A DNA stretch of 64,000 nt from the IMG/VR virus record IMGVR_UViG_3300019776_000220, positions 216 through 64,215 of that record; one strand, given 5' to 3'. Position numbers and translations under genes: made by a program. The notes beneath the pieces are model-generated. The model saw nothing but the letters and a program-made list of their open reading frames with translations, had not been told where the DNA came from and did no database searches. Below are positions 30,164-38,546 of this stretch, one piece after another (position 1 is the first letter of the stretch; each line of letters starts with the position of its first letter). The stretch comes from a virus (lineage: Duplodnaviria; Caudoviricetes).

Positions 30164-30371
30164 TGAGTGTAACTGTTATGTCAAGTGAAATCAAATATCC
30201 GTTAGCCGCTAAATTGCATACCATCCTATTCAATAGATTGTATCCAAGTTTTCTTCTTCCTGACTCGTATAGCCAAACCTGTTGGAATGAATTAATCCCG
30301 CAGGCTTTTGCAAAGTCTACTTGAGTCATCCCCAATTCAGTTCTTATTTTTTTTATTAAGTCTTTCTTCAT
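30147..30371 (-). CDS. XRE/Cro-family HTH regulator
   Basis: IKKIRTELGMTQVDFAKACGINSFQQVWLYESGRR. Confidence 0.8.
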   Translation of the reverse strand: MKKDLIKKIRTELGMTQVDFAKACGINSFQQVWLYESGRRKLGYNLLNRMVCNLAANGYLISLDITVTLNDKKI

Positions 30372-30478
30372 ATTCTTTTTCTAATTTGAACTTTAGTTTT
30401 GCTTGCTCAATCTTAATGCGATGAGACAATTCTAATTGATTATGGATATTTGTCCATACTTGATTAAATGCATTCATA

Positions 30479-30949
30479 TTATTTAAGGGTTACACGGATG
30501 GTTGTTGAACTTGATTTGGTTGGAGGAAAGTAATCGAATATCTCTCCTGTATTTGGGTCCACTATGGTAGTCTTTTCTTTACAAGCCTTAGCAAATGTTT
30601 CGATTTCTTTTAGCTTTGCCGTAGCTTCATCAACTACTTTCTTTTGGGCAACCCAAGCAGAAGATGCTGAATAATCATATTTAGCAGGGGTATCTACTTC
30701 TTTTAAGGTAACATCTGATATATTGGCTTCATTATTATCGTAGGTTTTTAATTCGTTCATTGCGAACTCCTTTAATCCTTTCTCTAACTCCTCTAATACG
30801 AAGATGTACTTACGACACAACACTAAATCCTTTAGAGGCTCGCCTCCGCTAAAAGCTATCTCCTCAAGATAGCGATTAACCATCCCAACCATCTCCGACT
30901 TGTTTGCGGAGAAGATTGAGGATTGCTTTAATTGAACTATTTCTGACAT
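30479..30949 (-). CDS. hypothetical protein, recombination module
   Basis: ATG at 30949 (MSEIVQLK...); follows the SSB-like gene. Confidence 0.55.
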   Translation of the reverse strand: MSEIVQLKQSSIFSANKSEMVGMVNRYLEEIAFSGGEPLKDLVLCRKYIFVLEELEKGLKEFAMNELKTYDNNEANISDVTLKEVDTPAKYDYSASSAWVAQKKVVDEATAKLKEIETFAKACKEKTTIVDPNTGEIFDYFPPTKSSSTTIRVTLK

Positions 30950-30950
30950 A

Positions 30951-31661
30951 TTAGAATGGTAAAGGGTTATCTTCTGACTCAAATACAGGCTCCTCAAAAG
31001 CAGGAATTAATGATGGCTCTTGTGATGGAGTCTCATCTTGTGGATTAGAATTGCCTTGTGCCTTACGAGCAACAAAATATGCTTGCAAATCATCGAACAA
31101 TAAATCTCCTAACTTTCCATCAGCAGAAGAAATTTCTCCACCTAATGTGAATACAGGAACTGAATACTTAACCGACCCCTTCTTAGCATCTAATGCTGAT
31201 GGGATTACAATTTCATTGTGTAAGAATTTCTTGAAATTGTCTTTTGTAAATTCAGACCAATGCTGAAGCACAGACCCTTTCATCTCGATGTTAACGATTT
31301 CTCCATCAATCATCCCATAAATACTTGCACTATAGTGTCCGCCTTCCTCAACAACTTTGAGTTTGATATCTTGATAAAGACCGCTTGCAATCTCCCCCTT
31401 ACCTTTGAATGAACGAACAAATAATGGCTCTGTCTTGGTAGATTTAACTTCGTTAGAATAGATAGACGATTGTGTCTTGTCGCTAAAACCTTTGATGGTA
31501 GAATACGAATCAAAGTAAATTAATGTTAAAGGCAATTTAACATCTCTGTCAGTTTTCAAATTCTTGTCGTAGAATGTGAAACATTTTTTGTTAGAAGACC
31601 ATTTTAGGTACTTCTTAACAGGTGTCTCGGCTTTAGCCGAATAAGCATCTGAACGTGCCAT
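30951..31661 (-). CDS. putative ssDNA-binding or annealing protein
   Basis: Acidic disordered tail ending EDNPLPF, typical of SSB C-termini. Confidence 0.5.
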   Translation of the reverse strand: MARSDAYSAKAETPVKKYLKWSSNKKCFTFYDKNLKTDRDVKLPLTLIYFDSYSTIKGFSDKTQSSIYSNEVKSTKTEPLFVRSFKGKGEIASGLYQDIKLKVVEEGGHYSASIYGMIDGEIVNIEMKGSVLQHWSEFTKDNFKKFLHNEIVIPSALDAKKGSVKYSVPVFTLGGEISSADGKLGDLLFDDLQAYFVARKAQGNSNPQDETPSQEPSLIPAFEEPVFESEDNPLPF

Positions 31662-31679
31662 AATTGTTTGGTTTTGGTT

Positions 31680-31850
31680 TTAAAAGTTATTATTAATTTC
31701 AAATTGACTGAGAAACGCAATCTTGTTTGTCAATCGGGTTAGTCTACGCTGAACTGGTCTTTTAAATTGTCCATCTCTACGCAAATTTTTGGGGTCATTT
31801 GCGATAGCCTCCGCCTTGCAGAGCACATCGCTGTAGCTTTTTCTTTTCAT
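31680..31850 (-). CDS. small basic protein (not in ORF track)
   Basis: MKRKSYSDVLCKAEAIANDPKNLRRDGQFKRPVQRRLTRLTNKIAFLSQFEINNNF, directly downstream of a promoter. Confidence 0.5.
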   Translation of the reverse strand: MKRKSYSDVLCKAEAIANDPKNLRRDGQFKRPVQRRLTRLTNKIAFLSQFEINNNF

Positions 31851-31867
31851 TTTGTGTTAATCTGTGA

Positions 31868-31888
31868 GCAAATATAATACAATTATTT
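31868..31888 (-). promoter_or_regulatory. promoter with -7 box TATATTTG; 21 bp identical to 38646-38666
   Basis: + strand GCAAATATAATACAATTATTT at both sites. Confidence 0.7.
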
Positions 31889-31914
31889 TATAAAACAATA
31901 CTTTTAATTAAAAT

Positions 31915-31943
31915 AAAAATACCCCGCAAGGCAGGGTACTTTT
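31915..31943 (-). terminator. intrinsic terminator
   Basis: - strand GTACCCTGC-CTT-GCGGGGTAT-TTTT. Confidence 0.7.
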
Positions 31944-31973
31944 AACTCTCTAAACACAATTATGAAAAAACAA

Positions 31974-32384
31974 TTAATAATGCCAACCTCGTGGTTTCTT
32001 TTCGAGGTCTGTGTAAGTTTCGTTTGGTTTCGGTATAATATTATATACAACTCCTGTGCCAACTCTTGTTCCTGTCAGGGTAGATTCTGATGCTTTTTTT
32101 AATGCATCTTCTTCCAACTTCTCTTGAATCATTTTTTGGGTCTTAAATGCTCTCAACTCCTCCTCCATTGCAAGCATATCTTTCCTTAATCTCTTTAGAT
32201 AGATAGCCATATCTAATGCCTCCTCGTAAGCGTGTTGTACCCAATCAGATGCGATTAGGTCTTCCCTATCCATCGTGGTGTTATACTTCTTTAAACCAAC
32301 CTCTGCTCTGTGAGCAATATCTTTGATTACATCGAACACGATGCTATCAGTAAATGTTGTTATATTCTCGTTATTCGACTCCAT
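31974..32384 (-). CDS. conserved phage helical protein (possibly MazG-like fold)
   Basis: RAEVGLKKYNTTMDREDL...WVQHAYEEALDMAIYL. Confidence 0.55.
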   Translation of the reverse strand: MESNNENITTFTDSIVFDVIKDIAHRAEVGLKKYNTTMDREDLIASDWVQHAYEEALDMAIYLKRLRKDMLAMEEELRAFKTQKMIQEKLEEDALKKASESTLTGTRVGTGVVYNIIPKPNETYTDLEKKPRGWHY

Positions 32385-32724
32385 AAGATTTTAAGATTTC
32401 GGAAACTTTAGTAGCACACTCAATTTTTTTATCATTATCCAACATCTCCATTTTTAATGCGATATCAAATAAGTAATCTGATTGAATCGAAGCGTTAACA
32501 AATTGGTCTAATACTGCACCTTGACTATCCCCGCCTTCAGCTTTCATTAGAATGTCAACTTGTTTTTCAAGTTCAACAACCAAATTATTTGTAATCAATT
32601 TAATTTTTTGGAAATAAAAGTTTGATGCAACAACTTTCTCATCAATAAAATCCCGTAGTGACTGACATTTTGCGTAATAGCAAATCATATCACGCATCTC
32701 TTTGTCATTTAACAATCGCTTCAT
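32371..32724 (-). CDS. hypothetical protein
   Basis: 117 aa with AACCAAAC leader. Confidence 0.6.
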   Translation of the reverse strand: MKRLLNDKEMRDMICYYAKCQSLRDFIDEKVVASNFYFQKIKLITNNLVVELEKQVDILMKAEGGDSQGAVLDQFVNASIQSDYLFDIALKMEMLDNDKKIECATKVSEILKSYGVE

Positions 32725-32776
32725 TTGTGTTTGGTTTTTGAGTCGATTAATCTCTATATTCGGCTCATATGTTTAT

Positions 32777-32977
32777 TTATCTCATTAATGATTCAATTGT
32801 TTCATTGAATCCAACGATAGGAACAATTGCTCCATTAATAGTTTCGAGAGTACCTTCATCATTGCCCCATTGTGTAGCTGAGTTTTGAGTTAATTCTACA
32901 ATGATATCAGAATCAATCCATTGTCTCATAAAATTTCCATCGGAAAGTCTTGTTGTAATCTTTACAAATTTTTTCAT
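32777..32977 (-). CDS. hypothetical protein
   Basis: 66-aa ORF. Confidence 0.5.
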   Translation of the reverse strand: MKKFVKITTRLSDGNFMRQWIDSDIIVELTQNSATQWGNDEGTLETINGAIVPIVGFNETIESLMR

Positions 32978-32999
32978 TATATATATTAAATATGATTTT

Positions 33000-33040
33000 A
33001 AAAAGAGGGATAAGCAGTTCTAATGGTATGCTTACCCCTA
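33000..33040 (-). terminator. terminator-like hairpin downstream of the tRNA-like gene
   Basis: - strand GGGTAAGCA...TGCTTATCCC-TC-TTTTT. Confidence 0.5.
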
Positions 33041-33047
33041 CATTTAG

Positions 33048-33120
33048 AAGCGTGTGAGGGATTCGAACCCCCATTACAAGCAATATCGACTTGCGTTTTT
33101 TCCTTTCAAACTAACACGCT
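33048..33120 (-). tRNA. tRNA-like cloverleaf with non-canonical anticodon loop (nominal anticodon ATA); possible pseudo-tRNA
   Basis: Acceptor AGCGTGT/ACACGCT, D-arm GTTT/AAAC with GG, anticodon stem CAAGT/GCTTG, loop CGATATT, T-arm GGGGG-TTCGAAT-CCCTC; no encoded CCA. Confidence 0.65.
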
Positions 33121-33161
33121 TTCCGCAATTAACCCCTTAATTTGACCTAAAATTACAAAAA

Positions 33162-33413
33162 CTATTTAATTAAGCAATCAATAGTATTAGTTTTTTCTAA
33201 AAATTGCTTAAATATTCTAATTCTATTGTATGAAGCGTGTTTTTCTCTACCAGAATTATGCTTCAATCGGTCTAAAGATGTTGAAACAAATTGAATATCA
33301 TTGTCAATTGTCTCCCCTTCTCTATATCTAAATGGTTTTGGCTCGGTATTTTCTTTTAAATAATTCTCTGCCCAAGCAATTGCTATTGCGTAGTAATCTA
33401 TCTTTTCTTCCAT
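33162..33413 (-). CDS. hypothetical protein
   Basis: 83-aa ORF. Confidence 0.55.
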   Translation of the reverse strand: MEEKIDYYAIAIAWAENYLKENTEPKPFRYREGETIDNDIQFVSTSLDRLKHNSGREKHASYNRIRIFKQFLEKTNTIDCLIK

Positions 33414-33560
33414 AACTTAACCATATAAATAAAATATCCATTAAATCTGATATGGCGAATTGAATGAGTAATTAATTCCCACGGGATATTGCGTGTATAT
33501 TTTTCGCAACGAATAAGATATCCCAGAATATTAATTTCGTATCCAATTAGATTTCTGTAC

Positions 33561-33827
33561 TTATACTTTCGTATCATCTTCTATTTTCTTTTTAAGGGTT
33601 TGGTAGTCGCAATTGCAAATGAATGTAATTCCACCAACGCTTAATTCGCAATATACTTTTGCGGAATTATATGGGTCAGGGTATGGCGAAATCATATCTA
33701 TGCTATAAAAAGTAACAATTTGGACATCGCAAGATTCCAATTCAAATCCGATTCTTAAATCAGATAAAACGTTTGATGTCTCACTCTGTATGAAACATTC
33801 TAATTCAATTCCATTTTTAATTACCAT
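33561..33827 (-). CDS. hypothetical protein
   Basis: 88-aa ORF. Confidence 0.55.
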   Translation of the reverse strand: MVIKNGIELECFIQSETSNVLSDLRIGFELESCDVQIVTFYSIDMISPYPDPYNSAKVYCELSVGGITFICNCDYQTLKKKIEDDTKV

Positions 33828-34035
33828 AGATGTATTTTTTTATTCCTCCTTTGTCCCAGCAAGGATTGCCTGTGGTCCAGCCCGTTTGTCGAATTAGATT
33901 TTCGTTCCAAACAACGATTGTACCATCATTGCATTCGCATCCTGTTTTATTCTTTAAAGGCAGAATTTGTTCTTGCTCGGTACATCCGACAAGTAATAAG
34001 CCCAAGCCTATCAATAGGCTAATCTTTTTCTTCAT
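33817..34035 (-). CDS. small lipoprotein
   Basis: MKKK, hydrophobic core, lipobox LVG-C; mature part has GCECNDG...PCWDKGG. Confidence 0.7.
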   Translation of the reverse strand: MKKKISLLIGLGLLLVGCTEQEQILPLKNKTGCECNDGTIVVWNENLIRQTGWTTGNPCWDKGGIKKYIYGN

Positions 34036-34312
34036 AGTCAGTTCGCATTAAAAAGTTAGAGATAAGTGATTCGTCTGTGATTAAATGCTCGCCATTGGAA
34101 TACATTTTTACATCATCGTATATGACTAATTTAAATCCTTTTACAAATGTAATAAAGTCCCTAAGAATATTTTTTGGGTCCGCAAGCCTTTTATTTACTT
34201 CGTTTTGTTTTTCCATCCCGTGAATGACTCCTCTTTCGTATGCATCAACAACTGCAATGGTTGATTCTGATATAAGGTCATCGATTGGTTCGGTCCTATT
34301 TTTTCTTTCCAT
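34019..34312 (-). CDS. hypothetical protein
   Basis: 97-aa ORF overlapping its neighbours. Confidence 0.55.
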   Translation of the reverse strand: MERKNRTEPIDDLISESTIAVVDAYERGVIHGMEKQNEVNKRLADPKNILRDFITFVKGFKLVIYDDVKMYSNGEHLITDESLISNFLMRTDYEEKD

Positions 34313-35123
34313 TAGTTTCTGGTTGTTTAAACATTAACTCAATTACATCTTGGTAATCTTTACATTCAATTACTTGATACGTTTCATTTTCCTCGTGAAT
34401 CCACACCAAGTAGCATTTACCTATCTTGATATCGGTATTCTTTTCGATAATATACTTGTACAAATTAAGCTGAAGGGAATATGTCTCGTACTCGCATTCT
34501 TCAATGAAAGTAATTGGGAAAGAAAAACGCTTTTTGTAATCAGAATTAAATCTAATTTTGCCATTCGTTTTGTAATCCCAAATCTGATACTCTTGGCTCT
34601 TGTCATTCCAAAATAATCCATCGACCATTCCCGCTACACCATAAGATTCGACTTCGCCTTTCTTATTGTAAATGGGTAGCAGCGGGTCCCCAATTACTAA
34701 TTCAGATGCAATTGGGATTAGGTTTACGGATGCCTCCTCATAGAACTGCTTAAACATACGAACACATTCCTCGTATCGTTCCTTTAGATTCATTGCACCA
34801 TCGCCCGCAAATCTTTCTTCGGGGATTCGATTGTTGTAAGGGAATACCTTATTCTGCCAATAGTTTTCAGCAAAATTATGCAAGAAAGTGCCTTTCATAG
34901 CACTAAAGTCTCGCTTGTAATCCCACTCCTCAAGAACTGCTTCGACTGAACGATTCGTTTTCTTTGCCGTTCCAAATGCCATTTTCTTTGAATCGAAAGC
35001 AGATTTAAATCTACCAAGATAAGATGTGCCACTCGTTAACTCTTGTTCGCCAATGTAATACTTATGTGGTTCATCATAGTATTTGATGTGTTTAAACTTC
35101 GCTAACTCTTTATATATTTCCAT
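34296..35123 (-). CDS. PD-(D/E)XK exonuclease (RecE/lambda-exo-like role)
   Basis: HKYY...TSGT...GTFLH...SELVI...AGMVDGL...IWDYKTN...YSLQLNLY. Confidence 0.8.
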   Translation of the reverse strand: MEIYKELAKFKHIKYYDEPHKYYIGEQELTSGTSYLGRFKSAFDSKKMAFGTAKKTNRSVEAVLEEWDYKRDFSAMKGTFLHNFAENYWQNKVFPYNNRIPEERFAGDGAMNLKERYEECVRMFKQFYEEASVNLIPIASELVIGDPLLPIYNKKGEVESYGVAGMVDGLFWNDKSQEYQIWDYKTNGKIRFNSDYKKRFSFPITFIEECEYETYSLQLNLYKYIIEKNTDIKIGKCYLVWIHEENETYQVIECKDYQDVIELMFKQPETNGKKK

Positions 35124-35328
35124 AAGTTTCTTCGTAGTATTGTTCGGAATTTTTATTTTGTTTTAGCCCTTGATTTACTCGCCCATCATTATAAGCCATC
35201 ATTATCTGTTCTTTCTCCATTGCTTTGGCTTGATTAAATAATTCTTCATAATGAATGGTAAAAATAAATCCATTTCTTTCATTAATTTCTTTTAATAGCC
35301 ACTCTATTGCCGTTTGTTTATTTTCCAT
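35110..35328 (-). CDS. hypothetical protein (KQTAIEWL...QAKAMEKEQI family)
   Basis: 72-aa ORF. Confidence 0.6.
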   Translation of the reverse strand: MENKQTAIEWLLKEINERNGFIFTIHYEELFNQAKAMEKEQIMMAYNDGRVNQGLKQNKNSEQYYEETYGNI

Positions 35329-35521
35329 TGTCTTGTTTGTAAAATGGTAGTTCTTTATGCACTTGAAATATGTTATCGTTTCCCATAAAAGCTAACGTAT
35401 ACCACCATTGAGCTGGTTGGTAATATCTAACCCCATCAATTTCTACCATATTAGAATTCATTCGTAAAAATTCACTAACCTCATCTGAGAGCTTAATGTT
35501 AATCATTGGTTTGTTCTTCAT
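35318..35521 (-). CDS. hypothetical protein
   Basis: 67-aa ORF. Confidence 0.5.
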   Translation of the reverse strand: MKNKPMINIKLSDEVSEFLRMNSNMVEIDGVRYYQPAQWWYTLAFMGNDNIFQVHKELPFYKQDNGK

Positions 35522-35828
35522 TTTCTTGTTGTTTAAAACGTTTCATTAACCAATATGCCATTCTTTTAGCACCTTCATCTAAACCTTCATAATGATTCCT
35601 TTGCATAACAAAATAGTTATGAGCAATACTTTCCGCTTCATCGCATACTTCATCATCACTTGGTAATTCAAAAGGTGTTAGATTAACCATTTTTTTTAAT
35701 GTTTCTCTAACAATATCTTTCCAACATCCCATACAATGTGCCCCATCGCATTCTAAATTTTCGGGCAAAAATGATTTTTGTAATAAAACCATTAATTCAT
35801 TTACTTGTTCTTCTGTGTATAGTTTCAT
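35499..35828 (-). CDS. hypothetical protein
   Basis: 109-aa ORF, MKLYTEEQV start. Confidence 0.55.
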   Translation of the reverse strand: MKLYTEEQVNELMVLLQKSFLPENLECDGAHCMGCWKDIVRETLKKMVNLTPFELPSDDEVCDEAESIAHNYFVMQRNHYEGLDEGAKRMAYWLMKRFKQQENEEQTND

Positions 35829-35835
35829 TGCTTTG

Positions 35836-36201
35836 TTATTTCTTTAGAAAGTTAACTAACCCATCCTTTGCGTGTAAGATAGCATCTGCTCTCTCCTCCA
35901 TCGATTTGATTTGGTCTGCGATTTCTTCTCTATCGAATGAAACATAATACCCTCGTGACGTAGCAATTACGGGAAGAATAGATTCGCTTCGAATGAAATT
36001 TACAATCTTACGCAACTTAACTTCATTGAATCGAATACCCGCACCGATTTTATCTCGATTGCGATTAATAACCGAAACGATTTCGTTTGACTTCATCGGT
36101 TTCTCGTAGGATGCCGTATAAAGAACTCTGATTAATGGCATTATTACGATTACTTCATCGGCAGATAATGACTTTGTGATTGACTCGAAATTTGTTATCA
36201 T
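35836..36201 (-). CDS. winged-helix-like DNA-binding protein
   Basis: EVKLRKIVNFIR...PVIATSRGYY. Confidence 0.55.
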   Translation of the reverse strand: MITNFESITKSLSADEVIVIMPLIRVLYTASYEKPMKSNEIVSVINRNRDKIGAGIRFNEVKLRKIVNFIRSESILPVIATSRGYYVSFDREEIADQIKSMEERADAILHAKDGLVNFLKK

Positions 36202-36218
36202 TGTTTTATTTGTTTGGT

Positions 36219-37652
36219 TTAAAATGGAGAAACTTTTACATCATCAAAATTACTTTTCATTGTCTTGATGACACTATTTTCATAAAGAACTTCGGGGGCA
36301 GAGAATCTAAACAATTCTTCTTCACTATCAGCAACTCGATTTGTCTTCACATCAACGTATCTACCAATGTCTCCGACTTCGCCATCCCTATTCTTTAATA
36401 TAATGAACTTCAACGTGTTGTCCATTGGGGCAACTGCTTGATTGTTTGCCTTTGCATCAACGTACTTGTAGTAGTCATCACGATACAACCCAATTACAAC
36501 GATTGCATCTTGTTCAATGTTACCCGATGAACGCAAATCCGATAGCATAGGCTGACGATTCGTTCTCGACTCAACTGACCTTGACAACTGCGATAGGCAA
36601 ATGATTGGGATGCCCAACTTCCTTGATAGCTTCTGAATCTTATTACTTACTTTAGATACTTGCGTGAAATCATCTTGACCTTTAACTTGGTTATCACTCA
36701 TCAACTGCAAGTAGTCAATTACAATCATATCAATTCCATTCTTGCGAACTTCGGCAGTCATCATCATTGATAAGTAATTGACATCTCTGTTATCGGAATC
36801 GTAAAAGTAAATGGGAAGATTCTTTAACTCTTTTGCGTTAGACCGCTTAATCTTCTCAACATCTTCGGGCTTAATCCGATTAGCTTTTAAGTCAGAGTAA
36901 TTGTATTCGAATGCTTCCGATGAAATGTATCGGTAAATCAGAGACTCCTTTGGCATCTCAAGGGATAGGTACAAACATTTCTTCCCTGATTTAGCACACG
37001 ATTTTGCAAAATCAAGCCCAACGATTGTCTTGCCCATCGAGGGTCTTGCAGATATAATTGACATACCTTCTTGCCAACCACCTAATGCGTAATTTAATTT
37101 ACGACTACCTGTGTCTATCCCGCTAAAAGTTTTCTCGCTTCCAGCGGAGGCTTCCATCTTCTCAATTACTTCATCGTATATCTGCTCAATAGAATAAACT
37201 TCTTTAGATGCGGAGGCATCAACCATATCAGTTAGCCCATTCTCTATTAATGTAGTCATTGTGGAAACTTCTTCCCCTTCCTCAATGGATGATACAAGAC
37301 CGATTGCTAACTCGTAGATTCTTCTCTTATTCTCTAACTCTTTTAACTCGAATGCGACTTGCATATAATCGATAGCACGATTAGGCATTACCGAAAGTAG
37401 TTTAGAACTATTAATTCCTAATTCAGATTCTTTCGATTTAAGAAACCGAAATACATCGAATCGAGTAAAGACACCTTTCGATAAAGATAAGTCAACCATC
37501 GCAAAGAATGATGCCTTAAACAAAGGGTCTGTAAATGATTCGTAAGACGTAACACGAACAACTTCGTTAATAACGTGTGAATTCTCAAGCAAGTAGGCTA
37601 TTAAGTCTTGCTCTAAGATTGTGTCGATAATTTGGGATGATTTTTTTACCAT
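36219..37652 (-). CDS. dnaB: DnaB-like replicative helicase
   Basis: Walker A ARPSMGKT, SLEMP, VIDYLQLM, LSQLSRSVE.R...P.LSDLRSSGNIEQDA, KNRDG. Confidence 0.95.
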   Translation of the reverse strand: MVKKSSQIIDTILEQDLIAYLLENSHVINEVVRVTSYESFTDPLFKASFFAMVDLSLSKGVFTRFDVFRFLKSKESELGINSSKLLSVMPNRAIDYMQVAFELKELENKRRIYELAIGLVSSIEEGEEVSTMTTLIENGLTDMVDASASKEVYSIEQIYDEVIEKMEASAGSEKTFSGIDTGSRKLNYALGGWQEGMSIISARPSMGKTIVGLDFAKSCAKSGKKCLYLSLEMPKESLIYRYISSEAFEYNYSDLKANRIKPEDVEKIKRSNAKELKNLPIYFYDSDNRDVNYLSMMMTAEVRKNGIDMIVIDYLQLMSDNQVKGQDDFTQVSKVSNKIQKLSRKLGIPIICLSQLSRSVESRTNRQPMLSDLRSSGNIEQDAIVVIGLYRDDYYKYVDAKANNQAVAPMDNTLKFIILKNRDGEVGDIGRYVDVKTNRVADSEEELFRFSAPEVLYENSVIKTMKSNFDDVKVSPF

Positions 37653-38347
37653 TGGTCAGGAATTGTAATTTCGTAAGATGTGTTAGTTTGATTTTCTTGT
37701 GGTTTAGGAACTGAATTAGATGTTGGTAATTCATCTTCCCATACCCGATGTGATAAATATCTCTCGGGGTCTTTGCGATACTGCGGGTCAGGTCTTGCAA
37801 TTTTGTAATTAGGGATTGCTAATAGGCAAGCACTCTTATCAGATTCTTTCAGCTTCATCCATTTAGATTTAGCTTTCTCCTTCCCTACCTTCTTGCCATA
37901 CAACTCCCAAAACTCATCAAACCTATCGGGCAATATATTTACTTTATTATTCTCTTTATTATTATCTTTATTATATGGTGATACTATAGTAGCACCCCCC
38001 TGATACTCGGGTAGCACCCCCCCTGATACTATAGTAGCACCCCCCTTCTCTTTAGAATCCTCCTTCATTAGCTTTAAATCCACTAAACGTATCGTTCTAT
38101 TACCCGATTCTCCTATTTTTTTTGATGAAATTTCTCGAACTATAATTTCTTTGTCTTCTAACTCTTTTATCAAGGCTCTAACGTAGGCTAATGATACCCC
38201 TAAAGTTTCTGAAATGTACTGATTAGATGCAAAGCAATACCCCTTCTTATTAGACAAGCTAATGAGAACTCCCACCAATAATTTACCGCTTGAAGACAAC
38301 TCCTTTGACGAAAGAATTTCGCTTGGAATTACTGCGTACCACCTCAT
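37646..38347 (-). CDS. replication initiator (lambda O-like, N-terminal HTH) with internal iterons
   Basis: YAVIP...LSSSGKLL...GYCFASNQYISETLG; central GGATIVS repeat and KDNNKENNK linker; FDEFWELYGKKVGK; upstream of dnaB. Confidence 0.85.
   Translation of the reverse strand: MRWYAVIPSEILSSKELSSSGKLLVGVLISLSNKKGYCFASNQYISETLGVSLAYVRALIKELEDKEIIVREISSKKIGESGNRTIRLVDLKLMKEDSKEKGGATIVSGGVLPEYQGGATIVSPYNKDNNKENNKVNILPDRFDEFWELYGKKVGKEKAKSKWMKLKESDKSACLLAIPNYKIARPDPQYRKDPERYLSHRVWEDELPTSNSVPKPQENQTNTSYEITIPDQW
37932..38045. repeat. putative origin: three 16-bp iterons plus AT-rich tract inside the initiator gene
   Basis: TGATACTATAGTAGCA at 37979 and 38024, variant TGATACTCGGGTAGCA at 38001, separated by C-runs; AT-rich tract 37932-37976. 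Confidence 0.8.
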
Positions 38348-38541
38348 TATACTTCGTTTAGTTTGGCTTCTAAAAACTTAATTTCTTTGTACAAATTCTC
38401 GATAATATCCAATAGCTTATCAAATGCTTCCATCTCGGGAGTAGCGAACTGCATTACATACTCGTATTGCTTCAACTCTATCTCAAAATGTCTTTTCTTT
38501 AACTTAACTACCGCTAAAAATGCTTCTAATTCTAAATCCAT
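38347..38541 (-). CDS. hypothetical coiled-coil protein
   Basis: ATG at 38541 (MDLELEAF...) preferred because the upstream extension is a terminator/hairpin region. Confidence 0.55.
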   Translation of the reverse strand: MDLELEAFLAVVKLKKRHFEIELKQYEYVMQFATPEMEAFDKLLDIIENLYKEIKFLEAKLNEV

Positions 38542-38546
38542 TGTCG

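Noticed and set aside
29930-30371. Lysogeny module (repressor plus excisionase)
   Set aside because: No integrase, att-like site or divergent cI/cro arrangement recognised; both HTH genes lie inside a co-directional operon
33048-33120. Functional tRNA-Tyr (anticodon ATA)
   Set aside because: Loop lacks U33 and purine-37, there is no long variable arm as in bacterial tRNA-Tyr, and no CCA; kept only as tRNA-like
37979-38045. CRISPR-like mini-array (also 47094-47164 and 42628-42709)
   Set aside because: Repeats are 16 bp with homopolymer or very short spacers, or only two units; no unique 30-40-bp spacers and no cas genes
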